From positions 1-64,000 of the IMG/VR virus record IMGVR_UViG_3300007960_010163: DNA of 64,000 nucleotides; one strand, given 5' to 3'. The translations under genes and the position numbers were made by a program. Source of the stretch: a virus. Position 1 is the stretch's first letter; each line of letters begins with the position of its first letter. The notes beneath the pieces are model-generated. The model was not told where the DNA came from. It was given only the letters and a program-made list of their open reading frames with translations, and made no database searches. This document shows, in pieces, positions 50,714 to 59,793 of the stretch.

Positions 50714-51538
50714 TTAATTTAAACTTGGATAAATTGAATTAAGGATTTCTTTAAAATGTTCATGAATACCTAAATTCTTTTTAAAAGTAACTTCAAGAAC
50801 ATCACCATTCCGAATTTGACTGATTACGCTTTTGTAGTTGTAGGCATTTAGATCTATTCTTTTTTTAACATGATTGCGCCTAAATTCATTAAGGTATTTT
50901 ATTTTAGATTGCTCCGGGTATAGTGATAAAATCCAAGAGGAATAACATTCATCTAGACCCCAGAGCTTAGATTGGGGATAATAAATATTATTCAAGTAAA
51001 AATTATCTCTAGATTTAAAAACCTTATTCGCTTCGTCTGCCCAGTCATCTTCAATGTCATATATCTTTTTAAAGTTTTTACCTTTAGATAAGTGATGAGA
51101 ACTTGGGTACATAAGGTTTGTGGAAGTGTTCCAATACCCTAATGTATTAAGCGAATAACCTTCATACGCATCAGCAAAAAAAACAATATAATCCTCTGAG
51201 TTGAAGTTTTTGCATTGTTGTACATAGTAGTCTGAAAGGGGAACTTGATCAATGCCGGAAAGAAAGCAGGTGTCATCTGGAAATTGGGATGCGCCCCAAA
51301 ACAGACTCCAAGTAACTAGCCAGTTAGGAGATGGATCAGCAATTTCTTCTATATTCTCTAAGCGGAAGACATCTCCCGCCGTTTGATCTATGGAAGCGTC
51401 TAAATCCCGCTTAGAGCCAATAAAAAAAAGAGTAGGATTTATGTTGAAATAATCCTTCCATATATAGGAATAATTATTCCAAAACATAAAATAGGAAGGG
51501 TTATTGTCTACGCAAAATACGACTCTATCAATGTTCAT
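50714..51538 (-). CDS. Hypothetical glycan-associated protein (paralogue of 52991-53758)
   Basis: DNNPSY..W, VTWSLFWGASQF, GIDQ.PLS, SSHH, WGLDE, RID. Confidence 0.65.
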   Translation of the reverse strand: MNIDRVVFCVDNNPSYFMFWNNYSYIWKDYFNINPTLFFIGSKRDLDASIDQTAGDVFRLENIEEIADPSPNWLVTWSLFWGASQFPDDTCFLSGIDQVPLSDYYVQQCKNFNSEDYIVFFADAYEGYSLNTLGYWNTSTNLMYPSSHHLSKGKNFKKIYDIEDDWADEANKVFKSRDNFYLNNIYYPQSKLWGLDECYSSWILSLYPEQSKIKYLNEFRRNHVKKRIDLNAYNYKSVISQIRNGDVLEVTFKKNLGIHEHFKEILNSIYPSLN

Positions 51539-52527
51539 CGTGCTTTATATATATCTTCAATAAGTTTTATAACGTTAAACGATTCCATTATTTCAAAATT
51601 GTCTATAGAGGAATAGAGATCTACGTGATTAGGGCATGAACCCTCATATGATCCATATGAATTGGGCGTAGTATTGATTTTGTATTTTTCATAAATATCA
51701 TTAAAAATATTTTGTGATTTTTGGGATAAAAAATTAGAAGACTCTATTATATTTAAAGCTTTACCTCCAATTTTAACAAAACCATTAGAGCCTTGTATTG
51801 AAAGAGAGCATTCAAGATTTCGAGGCTCAGAAGCTATAGTCACCTCCGCAGTACCTCCAAAACCTCCAAAATCTAAAATACAATAAACTGTATCTTCAAT
51901 TTCTGTATGTTTATGCTTAGTGCTGTAAGTTTTAGCTGAATGGACCTTGGGTAGACCAAAAACATTTTGAAGTACGTCAAGATAATGAATCCCTACTTCA
52001 TGAAGAGTTCCTCCACCTAATTCTAGGGCAGATCTCCATCCGGTAAAATACTCAAACGGCCTCTGCCATCTTTGAATTAAAGAAACCGACCTCATATCTC
52101 CAAGAATACCTAAAGATAGGACTTCTTTTATTAAGGAAATAGTTTTGTTTAGTCGGACTTGCAAAACACAGTAAGCTTTTTGCTGGTTTTCTTTAGCAAT
52201 TTGATTGATAGACAGAATATCTGAGGAATAAAAACTTGCGGGCTTTTCTATTAAGACGTTTTTTTTGTGAAGAAGACAGCTGATGGCCTGATCTTTATGG
52301 AAATGATTAGGAGAACAAATAGATACAAAATTGGAATTTTCATCTTTAAGCAATTCATCTAAACTTTTGTATGAATTACAGTTATATTTTTTAGAGTAAA
52401 AATCAGATAATGATTCGTCTATATCATAAAAACCATATAATTCATATTGCGGATTACTTAAAATACCTTCAATATGCCTTGGGCATATAGCACCACAACC
52501 GATAATAACACAATTATATTCCTTCAT
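51535..52527 (-). CDS. Gfo/Idh/MocA oxidoreductase, WbpB/WlbA-like
   Basis: GCGAI, CSPNHFH, EKP, QVRLN, WQRP..YF, GIHYLD, NLECSL. Confidence 0.82.
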   Translation of the reverse strand: MKEYNCVIIGCGAICPRHIEGILSNPQYELYGFYDIDESLSDFYSKKYNCNSYKSLDELLKDENSNFVSICSPNHFHKDQAISCLLHKKNVLIEKPASFYSSDILSINQIAKENQQKAYCVLQVRLNKTISLIKEVLSLGILGDMRSVSLIQRWQRPFEYFTGWRSALELGGGTLHEVGIHYLDVLQNVFGLPKVHSAKTYSTKHKHTEIEDTVYCILDFGGFGGTAEVTIASEPRNLECSLSIQGSNGFVKIGGKALNIIESSNFLSQKSQNIFNDIYEKYKINTTPNSYGSYEGSCPNHVDLYSSIDNFEIMESFNVIKLIEDIYKAR

Positions 52528-52994
52528 GACTTTAATAATATAGCTGGATTTCCGCAATAAACGCTACCAGCGGGCGTACTTTTGGTTACTACTGAACCCG
52601 CCCCTATTAAACTATTTTCACCTATGATCACACCGCAGATAATAACGCTATTAGCTCCAATAGAACATCCCTTTTTAAACAACGTCTCTTTGAATCTTTC
52701 ACTATTTTTCCATTCTCCATTTACCGAAGGTTTATAATCGTTAGTGGTGACAGTATTAGGTCCAAAAAATACGTCATTTTCTAATGTGACTCCCTCGTAA
52801 ATTAAAGAATTATTTTGAATTTTACAATTATCTCCAATTTTAACATTGTTACCTATATAGACCCCTTGACCTATCGTACAATTAGACCCAATTTTAGCTC
52901 CCGAACAAATGTGCGAAAAATGCCAAACCTTAGTGCCATTTCCTATAATAACGTCTTGATCTATAATCGAAGATGGATGCGCGTAAAAGATCAT
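52524..52994 (-). CDS. Hexapeptide-repeat N-acetyltransferase, WbpD/WlbB-like
   Basis: IGNGTKVWHFSHI, CKIQNN..YEGVTLENDVFFGP..TND, GNPA. Confidence 0.88.
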   Translation of the reverse strand: MIFYAHPSSIIDQDVIIGNGTKVWHFSHICSGAKIGSNCTIGQGVYIGNNVKIGDNCKIQNNSLIYEGVTLENDVFFGPNTVTTNDYKPSVNGEWKNSERFKETLFKKGCSIGANSVIICGVIIGENSLIGAGSVVTKSTPAGSVYCGNPAILLKS

Positions 52995-53758
52995 GTGTAA
53001 ATTGGGCAGAGGTTAGAGATTTCATCTAGGAAATCTTTATATTGAGAGTAAGGCCTGTGGGCGTGGATTTCTGAATAGTACCCTTCTTTTAGTAAATTTT
53101 TATCAAAATGCGGGGCATATGCTCTATCAATTCTTCTTGATCTTAAATCCTTAAATCCGTTATGAAGCTTGAGATCCGGAAACCCTTTCAGGAGAAATGA
53201 AGAATGAAGCTCGTCAAGACCCCAAAAATCCCCAGTATTATACATATGCCCATAATTATTTCTAAAGGAAAAAACTGATTTAACTTCTTCTTCCCATTCA
53301 TCTTTAATAGATAAAGCTTTTTTAAAAGTAGAGCCTGTAGCTACATGATGAGAAGAGACATACCAATCAGGATTATTATAAGCGTCAGCCAAACCTATGA
53401 CATAATCTTTATTGAAATCATATTTTTCAATAGATTTAAAGAATCTATCAGAAAGAGGGGCTTGATCTATACCATGTGTGATGCATATGTCGTTTTTGAA
53501 TTGAGATGCTCCCCAAAAAAGAGCCCACGTTACTGACCAATCTCTAGCCCTGTTAGCTATAACTTCATTAACTTCTGGTAGTACGTGCACTTCACCGAAT
53601 TGTTCGGTAGGCCTAGTAGGCGGCTCACCTACAAAGAATAAAGTGGGGTTAACACCAAAATTATTCCTCCATATTCTCGATGAGTATTCCCAAAAATCTA
53701 AATAAGTAGGGTTGTCATTTAGTACAAGGATAACCCTGTCTATAATAATATTTTTCAT
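52991..53758 (-). CDS. Hypothetical glycan-associated protein (paralogue of 50714-51538)
   Basis: NDNPTY..W, VTWALFWGASQF, GIDQAPLS, SSHH, WGLDE, RIDR, HAHRPY. Confidence 0.65.
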   Translation of the reverse strand: MKNIIIDRVILVLNDNPTYLDFWEYSSRIWRNNFGVNPTLFFVGEPPTRPTEQFGEVHVLPEVNEVIANRARDWSVTWALFWGASQFKNDICITHGIDQAPLSDRFFKSIEKYDFNKDYVIGLADAYNNPDWYVSSHHVATGSTFKKALSIKDEWEEEVKSVFSFRNNYGHMYNTGDFWGLDELHSSFLLKGFPDLKLHNGFKDLRSRRIDRAYAPHFDKNLLKEGYYSEIHAHRPYSQYKDFLDEISNLCPIYT

Positions 53759-54402
53759 AAATTATTTGTAATTAATTTTTCAATTTCAAGCATGTCCTCC
53801 AATCTCTTGATGTAGTGAAAAGATATTTGATCAGCAATTTTTTCATAAGGAAAATTATACGGACTACCCGGAGGAAAAGAATGAAGATATTTGCAATTGA
53901 TTACATCAATACCTTTTTCTCTAGCATAGAGCCCAACCGAAACATCGGAATATCCGGTTTGGTAATTTTTGCATTCATGAAAAACATTAAATAGCAAGCT
54001 ATGACTCATGATATAACCAGCTCCACCACCGCAATAATATAAAGACTTGTCAGCTGGCCAAGAATTAGCTTTTATACCGTAAAGTTTATTTGTGTCTATA
54101 TCTTTATTAGATAAAAAGTCCTCTAAATTTCTTGTGTTGACAAAAGTGTCATTATCGCAGAAAAAATAAAAATCATAATTATGAAATTTTTTATCTAAAA
54201 AAATTCTTTTGAAAACATTTACATTCTTTTCTTCGTTGGAATGGTAATCGGTTCTATCAGTAACTTTTACGATATTTTTGTTTGGATCTTCTGTATCAGA
54301 ATAAAATAAAAGGTTTTGATCTTTGCCCCAAGAATTAATGACGTTATTATATCTGTCAGGATGGACGCTACCATGAAGTACGCAATAAAGAATATTAATC
54401 AT
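53755..54402 (-). CDS. Fringe/GT31-like glycosyltransferase
   Basis: SWG, FYSD, FCDNDTFVN..NL, GGGAGYIMS, SDVSVG, ISFHY. Confidence 0.8.
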   Translation of the reverse strand: MINILYCVLHGSVHPDRYNNVINSWGKDQNLLFYSDTEDPNKNIVKVTDRTDYHSNEEKNVNVFKRIFLDKKFHNYDFYFFCDNDTFVNTRNLEDFLSNKDIDTNKLYGIKANSWPADKSLYYCGGGAGYIMSHSLLFNVFHECKNYQTGYSDVSVGLYAREKGIDVINCKYLHSFPPGSPYNFPYEKIADQISFHYIKRLEDMLEIEKLITNNL

Positions 54403-55063
54403 TGGTATTTGAGTGGGAATTTAATGCATCAAGATGAGATTGATCGTAGACATCGTTCTCATCAAAAACTTGACCGACAAATTGATTCTCTTCTCTTGGG
54501 TTTGGGAAATCGATACCAGTAAAAAAAGGATCGTGAACCATTATAGATTCAAGAGGGACTTGCCCAATTATCGCATCAAAAAATCTGTAATCGGTTCCGT
54601 AATTATCTGTCTGAGCAAAACGAGCGCACAAATCTTTCATATTATCTAGGATACCTTTCTTGACGCCAAACATTCCGCCAAGAACATTAAATCCGTGATG
54701 TGGGTGATCGCGCATGATATGAAAAAGTTTTTCACTATTCATAAATTCAGAAACAGCGTCGGCTTCTCTTTGGTTTAAGCGACTGTCACAATCTCTGGAA
54801 AGCATTACAGAAACATCTTCTTCTGAAATAGGCTCAAACCTCCAAAACATTCCAGTCCAATTAGCCGCACGATCTTCAATGACTACTTCAGTACCATCGG
54901 AGGATTCAAGGGATTCAATGTATTCGCTTGGGACGTCTTTATGGACATGGAACCTGCAGACCCAATCAGGGTAGTATTTTTCTCTTAATTCTGAATTCTT
55001 AATTGCCCCAACGCAATATTTTGGATTGTCGCCCCAAAGTGAGAATGATATAATTTTTTTCAT
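54395..55063 (-). CDS. Conserved glycan-locus protein, probable GT-A fold
   Basis: IISFSLWG..KY..GAIKN, GMFWRF, SRDCDSR, HIMRDHPHH, GGMFG. Confidence 0.6.
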   Translation of the reverse strand: MKKIISFSLWGDNPKYCVGAIKNSELREKYYPDWVCRFHVHKDVPSEYIESLESSDGTEVVIEDRAANWTGMFWRFEPISEEDVSVMLSRDCDSRLNQREADAVSEFMNSEKLFHIMRDHPHHGFNVLGGMFGVKKGILDNMKDLCARFAQTDNYGTDYRFFDAIIGQVPLESIMVHDPFFTGIDFPNPREENQFVGQVFDENDVYDQSHLDALNSHSNTND

Positions 55064-55797
55064 ATGTAAGATGGTATATATTGATTTCTTACTTGATTGA
55101 CTTCGCGAATGGCTTTTTGTAATGTTTTTGATCCAGAAGAAATGCCCTCTGGGTTCCTGTAATACAAGCCGAGGACTTGATCTATTTTTTTCATTTTAGA
55201 TCCACCCTTGGCAGCTCTAAGCCACATCTCGTAATCCGCTGCGGACATGAGGGATTCATTGAAAAAACCAAACTTTTCATGTAAGCTTTTTCTCCACATA
55301 GGTTGGCAGTGGGGAGAGTTTACTGACATAAGAGATTCGAAGCAAAAATCCATACATGGAAACTCCATTGTGGCTGAATTATCCTCAAAACTTTCGTTGG
55401 GCTTATCTGTCTCAAGGGTTCTGTAGTATACTAAATCGATATCTGGGTTTGATAAAAGGTTGTCTCGTTGTATTTCTATTGCCTGTTTAGATCTTCTATC
55501 ATCTATATTTGCGTTTGTTATAAAAGTACCCGTTGAGTTCTTTATACCTAAATTCCAGCATCCATAAACTCCGGGGTCGAAAGACAAACCAAAATCAGAA
55601 AAGTGAAAATATTTTATGTTTGAATGTTTATCTAAGTATTCTTGGACAAAGTGCCTCTCATTTTCTTTATTAGCATCAATAATAACCAACTCAGAATCCG
55701 AGAATATAGTCTGAGATATCATGTTATCCATGAATCCCTCGATGAAATCCGCGCAGTTAAACATGGACGTAATCATTGAGACTTTCCCTTTTGCCAT
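55060..55797 (-). CDS. GT2 glycosyltransferase
   Basis: SMITSMFN, WNLGI, NANIDDR, PMWRKSLH, ADYEMWLR; start 5 nt after TTGACT-17-TAATAT. Confidence 0.85.
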   Translation of the reverse strand: MAKGKVSMITSMFNCADFIEGFMDNMISQTIFSDSELVIIDANKENERHFVQEYLDKHSNIKYFHFSDFGLSFDPGVYGCWNLGIKNSTGTFITNANIDDRRSKQAIEIQRDNLLSNPDIDLVYYRTLETDKPNESFEDNSATMEFPCMDFCFESLMSVNSPHCQPMWRKSLHEKFGFFNESLMSAADYEMWLRAAKGGSKMKKIDQVLGLYYRNPEGISSGSKTLQKAIREVNQVRNQYIPSYI

Positions 55798-55862
55798 AAA
55801 TGATATTATCACATTCAGACGATTAAGTCAATAAAAATTTCGCGCGATTTTTTATTTTATTA

Positions 55863-55921
55863 TTGACATATATGAAATATATAGTATAATATGATCATAT
55901 AGTTCTTTATATTTCATATAT
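55863..55921 (+). promoter_or_regulatory. Consensus sigma70 promoter overlapped by a 54-bp GATC-centred dyad
   Basis: TTGACA(55863)-16-TATAAT(55885); arms ATATATGAAATATA/TATATTTCATATAT around palindrome ATATGATCATAT. Confidence 0.65.
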
Positions 55922-56039
55922 AATAATATTATATACTATATATATAATTTAATAATTATTATTACGTTAGTAATACAGTACAACTTTTTATGAAAAATTT
56001 AGGTTGACTTTTTGTATGTTATATGATATTATCTATCTC

Positions 56040-56294
56040 ATGGTCAGGAAAAAGTCAAATAAGAAAAAGTTTTTTTATATTCAATGCGGAGACTGGGACG
56101 GAATTACGGCAGCAAAAAGCCCAAGAGAAGCTTGTGTTCAAGTTGTTTCTCAAGCTCTAGAGCTCTTTAAAGATAAAGCTCGATTCTCAAAAGTTATGCT
56201 ATGTGTTGATTGCAGTAAGTCAGTAGAAAATTCGCAAGATGATAAAGACGCTTTTTTAGTAGAAACAATATTGGAGGAAGTAAATGAACACTAA
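56040..56294 (+). CDS. Hypothetical protein
   Basis: ATG 7 nt after TTGACT-17-TATTAT; first gene of rightward operon. Confidence 0.65.
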   Translation: MVRKKSNKKKFFYIQCGDWDGITAAKSPREACVQVVSQALELFKDKARFSKVMLCVDCSKSVENSQDDKDAFLVETILEEVNEH

Positions 56295-56865
56295 TTTTAT
56301 TATAGGGGTTTGTGGTCATGCAAGAAGTGGAAAAGATACTTTTTGCGAACACGCCAAATCAATCCTATCAAAAAAGAAGATTGGCGCTGCAAGAGCAGCG
56401 TTCGCAGATGAACTTAAGAAAGACTTGGATGATTTGTGTAGGCATAAGATAGGAATCAGTGCATTTACACAAGATTCAAAAGAGAAAGATATCATTCGGC
56501 CTCTGCTTGTTACATACGGTACTGAGGTCATAAGGAAAATGGATGAGAATTGGTGGATTAACAGACTTGAAAAGACCCTTGGGGTTCATCAGTATATGAA
56601 TCTTATACCGATTGTTACCGACGTAAGATACCCAAATGAAATGGAATGGATACAGAAAAAACATAATGGAGTTGTTGTCTACATAACGAGAAAAGGAATA
56701 GGCCCCGCAAACTCCGAAGAAAAGAAAAACAATCCTATCTTAAAAAAAATGGCAGACTATAGAATGATGTGGCCAACATTCGGAGATGGTAACTTAGATG
56801 AAGGCGAGAGATTCGCTAAGAAAATAGTGAACAAGATATTTAGAACAAAAATAAAATGTACTTGA
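56284..56865 (+). CDS. Deoxynucleoside monophosphate kinase
   Basis: GHARSGKDT, AFADELK, RPLLVTYGTE, TDVRYPNE. Confidence 0.85.
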   Translation: MNTNFIIGVCGHARSGKDTFCEHAKSILSKKKIGAARAAFADELKKDLDDLCRHKIGISAFTQDSKEKDIIRPLLVTYGTEVIRKMDENWWINRLEKTLGVHQYMNLIPIVTDVRYPNEMEWIQKKHNGVVVYITRKGIGPANSEEKKNNPILKKMADYRMMWPTFGDGNLDEGERFAKKIVNKIFRTKIKCT

Positions 56866-57440
56866 GGGATTATGAACTCGTTGGAAACATTCAAAAAGAG
56901 GTTAATATAGAATCCTCACTGAAAGAGCTTGTAAACAGACATAGTGGAATATTTTATGATATCATAAATAAATATGTCCCCAAGAATTCAGAGTTTTGCT
57001 GTAAGGACGATTTATTTGAAGATAGAGACCTTCATATTTACAACACTGCGCTAAAATTCAATCCAAGCAAAGGTACTAAGTTCTCAACATTTTTAGGGAA
57101 TGAGACTAAATGGCTTTGCTTGAACTCTTACAATAAAGCCAAAAGAAAACATTTCGAAACAAAAACGCCAGAAGAATTAGATTTTCTTGACAAAATGGAA
57201 AATAATGATAATATTGATAGAAATTTAGTCAATGAAATTTACTTTATCATACAAAAACATCCAGATCCTAGAGTATCAAAAATATTCAAAATGAGATACA
57301 ACGATGGACATAATTATAAACTTTTGCCATGGAAGAAAATTGCACCCGAAGTCAAATTAAGTATTCAAGGATGTATAAACATCCATGACAATGTTATTGT
57401 AGATCTAAAAAATAAATTATTAAAGAAGGAGTTATCATGA
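56856..57440 (+). CDS. Phage-encoded sigma70-family factor
   Basis: Region 2-like KFNPSKGTKFSTFL; region 4-like IFKMRY..PWKKIAPEVKLS. Confidence 0.78.
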   Translation: MYLRDYELVGNIQKEVNIESSLKELVNRHSGIFYDIINKYVPKNSEFCCKDDLFEDRDLHIYNTALKFNPSKGTKFSTFLGNETKWLCLNSYNKAKRKHFETKTPEELDFLDKMENNDNIDRNLVNEIYFIIQKHPDPRVSKIFKMRYNDGHNYKLLPWKKIAPEVKLSIQGCINIHDNVIVDLKNKLLKKELS

Positions 57441-57850
57441 ATAATATAGTAGTATCAGGAAGATTGACCAAGGACCCAGAATGCAAAGAGTTCGACGAAG
57501 GCAAAGCTGTTTGCGATTTTACCGTTGCGATTAACGGCTATAAAAAAGAAGACACAATGTACGTTAAAGTGAAAGCTTGGGATGGCAGGGCAAGAAGTTG
57601 CGCCAAATTCACCAAGAAGGGAAGTCTCGTAAATGTTTGCGGAGCCCTCAGGGAGAATTCTTGGAAAAATAAAGAGGGTCAACAAAGAAAAGAGTTTTAT
57701 ATTCTTGCATCAGATATAGAGTTTGTTCAAAAACCACAAGAACAAGAAGGTCAAGCTCGCAAAAAGAGCGTTGAGAAAGTGGATAAAGAGCCTACTCCAG
57801 TCAAGGTAGAAGAGGTTTCTGAAGAAGAGCTTGAAGAAGTCCCATTTTAA
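57437..57850 (+). CDS. ssb: Single-stranded DNA-binding protein
   Basis: GRLTKDPE, FTVA, KGSLVNVCGAL, acidic tail ending EEVPF. Confidence 0.93.
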   Translation: MNNIVVSGRLTKDPECKEFDEGKAVCDFTVAINGYKKEDTMYVKVKAWDGRARSCAKFTKKGSLVNVCGALRENSWKNKEGQQRKEFYILASDIEFVQKPQEQEGQARKKSVEKVDKEPTPVKVEEVSEEELEEVPF

Positions 57851-58935
57851 TGGATACTCTAATATTTAAATGCCCAGTTAACCCCGTTTCTTTTGGTAAT
57901 GTTTCCCTCAATCTTTTGAGGGAAATGTTCAAAAGGGACATGGTTATCGCCCATTTCCCGATAGGGAATGTCGATGCATCTGTTTACGATAAGCTCCCAA
58001 ATGACTTAAAAGAATGGCTTCAAAATTCCATTAATAATAGATTTAAGTTATTAAAGAAGGATCTTCCTACTCTTCAGTTATGGCACATTAACGGAAGTGA
58101 AAACAGGATTACTCCTAAACATCACTTAATAACCTTTTACGAGCTTGACGAACCAACTGATACAGAAAAAAATATCGTTGATATACATGATAGCGTTATG
58201 TTTAGCAGCGAGTATTCAGCAAAAGCATTTAAATCAATAGGATGCAAAAACGTTTCTCACATCCCAATTGGATTTGATCCCGATTTCCATAAAACAGGAA
58301 AAGAATATCTTCAAGACAAAGTTCATTTTGGATTGATGGGTAAATTTGAGAAGCGAAAACATACAGGAAAAATATTAAGGCTCTGGGCAGAGAAATACGG
58401 CAATAATTACAACTATCAACTTTCATGCTGTATAAATAATTCTTTTCTTAAGCAAGATCAATTGAATCAATTAATCCATCAAGCATTGGATGGTAAAAAG
58501 TATGGAAACATAAACTTCCTCCCATTCCTTAAGACTAATTCAGAAGTTAATGAATTTATGAATGCCATAGATATTGACTTGACTGGATTAAGTGGTGCCG
58601 AAGGATGGAACCTTCCAGCTTTTAATGCTACAGCATTAGGTAAATGGAGTATCGTTCTAAACGCCACATCTCATAAAGATTGGGCAAATGAACAAAACTC
58701 GATATTGGTTGAGCCATCTGGTAAGACGCCAGCCTATGATGGCGTATTCTTCCAAGAAGGAGCTCCTTTCAATCAAGGAAATATACACACTTTCAATGAC
58801 GAAGAAGTTCTCTCAAAAATGGAAGAAGCAGAATTAAAATGCAAAAAAGAAAATGTAGAAGGTCTTAAGTTACAAGAAAAATTTTCTTACTCAAATATGC
58901 TAGATTGTGTAATAAAAAATATTGAAAATAATTAA
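57850..58935 (+). CDS. GT-B (GT4-like) glycosyltransferase
   Basis: IPIGFD, GKFEKRK, SGAEGWNLPAF. Confidence 0.78.
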   Translation: MDTLIFKCPVNPVSFGNVSLNLLREMFKRDMVIAHFPIGNVDASVYDKLPNDLKEWLQNSINNRFKLLKKDLPTLQLWHINGSENRITPKHHLITFYELDEPTDTEKNIVDIHDSVMFSSEYSAKAFKSIGCKNVSHIPIGFDPDFHKTGKEYLQDKVHFGLMGKFEKRKHTGKILRLWAEKYGNNYNYQLSCCINNSFLKQDQLNQLIHQALDGKKYGNINFLPFLKTNSEVNEFMNAIDIDLTGLSGAEGWNLPAFNATALGKWSIVLNATSHKDWANEQNSILVEPSGKTPAYDGVFFQEGAPFNQGNIHTFNDEEVLSKMEEAELKCKKENVEGLKLQEKFSYSNMLDCVIKNIENN

Positions 58936-58955
58936 TTTAATTATATTATATTGAA

Positions 58956-59147
58956 ATGAAAAAAGATATTAAATTCGAAGACGGCAAGGCTATTCTCTGC
59001 TGTGGTAGTAAAAAGTGCCCCATGCTTCATAAAAATGAAGATGGAATGATCGAAATCCAAGACGATTTTGGCGGAAAGATTACCATTAGAGAAGACCAAG
59101 CTAATCTTATTAATCAAGCAATTAAAGAGATCAACAAGAAAAAGTGA
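58956..59147 (+). CDS. Small hypothetical protein
   Basis: CCGSKKCP, IQDDFGGKI; ATG 6 nt after TTGAAA-16-TATTAT. Confidence 0.65.
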   Translation: MKKDIKFEDGKAILCCGSKKCPMLHKNEDGMIEIQDDFGGKITIREDQANLINQAIKEINKKK

Positions 59148-59452
59148 CAACAGCCCTGCTGTTGTTGTCATGCGTAGGTTTTACTTTCATACTAAAGTAC
59201 GGATCTATACTGAATTGGATTCGCTCTTTTTTATGTAAAGTAAAATTCTTTAATGATCTTTTTAAATGTTCGCTATGCTTAGGCTTTTGGTCTGGCTTGG
59301 CTCATTCAGTATTTTTATATCATTTCCAATGGAATGATATCTACTTTCTTCTTCCTCTAGTATCTTCTTGTGTTTGCTGGTTTGCTGATTGCATAATAAC
59401 AAACTTACAGACAATAGAAATACTAATGGATAAAAAAATAGAAAAAGAATAA
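59144..59452 (+). CDS. Membrane protein with CxxC (DUF1360-like)
   Basis: Hydrophobic segments; LFKCSLCLGFW. Confidence 0.6.
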   Translation: MTTALLLLSCVGFTFILKYGSILNWIRSFLCKVKFFNDLFKCSLCLGFWSGLAHSVFLYHFQWNDIYFLLPLVSSCVCWFADCIITNLQTIEILMDKKIEKE

Positions 59453-59793
59453 TGCCCATTTACGTATATCAAAATCCAAACACCGAAGAATATATAGAAG
59501 TATTCCAAGGAATGAATGACGAACATAAATACATTGACGAATCAGGTTTGGAATGGAAAAGGGTTTTCATTGCTCCCAATGCAGCTATAGATTTGGATGC
59601 AAATCCATATGATAAGCAAGGTTTTATAGATAGAACCCAAGGAAAAGGAACTATGGGAGATCTCTGGGACAGAAGTAAAGAAATGAGCGACAAACGAGCT
59701 TCCCAGAACGGTGGAGTAGATCCCTACAAGAAACAGTACTTTAAAGACTACTCAAGCAAAAGAAAGGGTGCTAAGCACCATTTGGATAATTAA
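59452..59793 (+). CDS. FmdB-like small phage protein (lacks Cys ligands)
   Basis: MPIYVY..EVFQGMN..WKRVF, GTMGDLWDRS. Confidence 0.55.
   Translation: MPIYVYQNPNTEEYIEVFQGMNDEHKYIDESGLEWKRVFIAPNAAIDLDANPYDKQGFIDRTQGKGTMGDLWDRSKEMSDKRASQNGGVDPYKKQYFKDYSSKRKGAKHHLDN

Noticed and set aside
11960-55797. Cellular O-antigen/capsule locus or giant eukaryotic virus origin
   Set aside because: No export, polymerase or housekeeping context. Flanked by tail-fibre, DnaB/DnaG, SSB and sigma genes with bacterial promoters, so a tailed phage fits better, though capsid and terminase are not in the window
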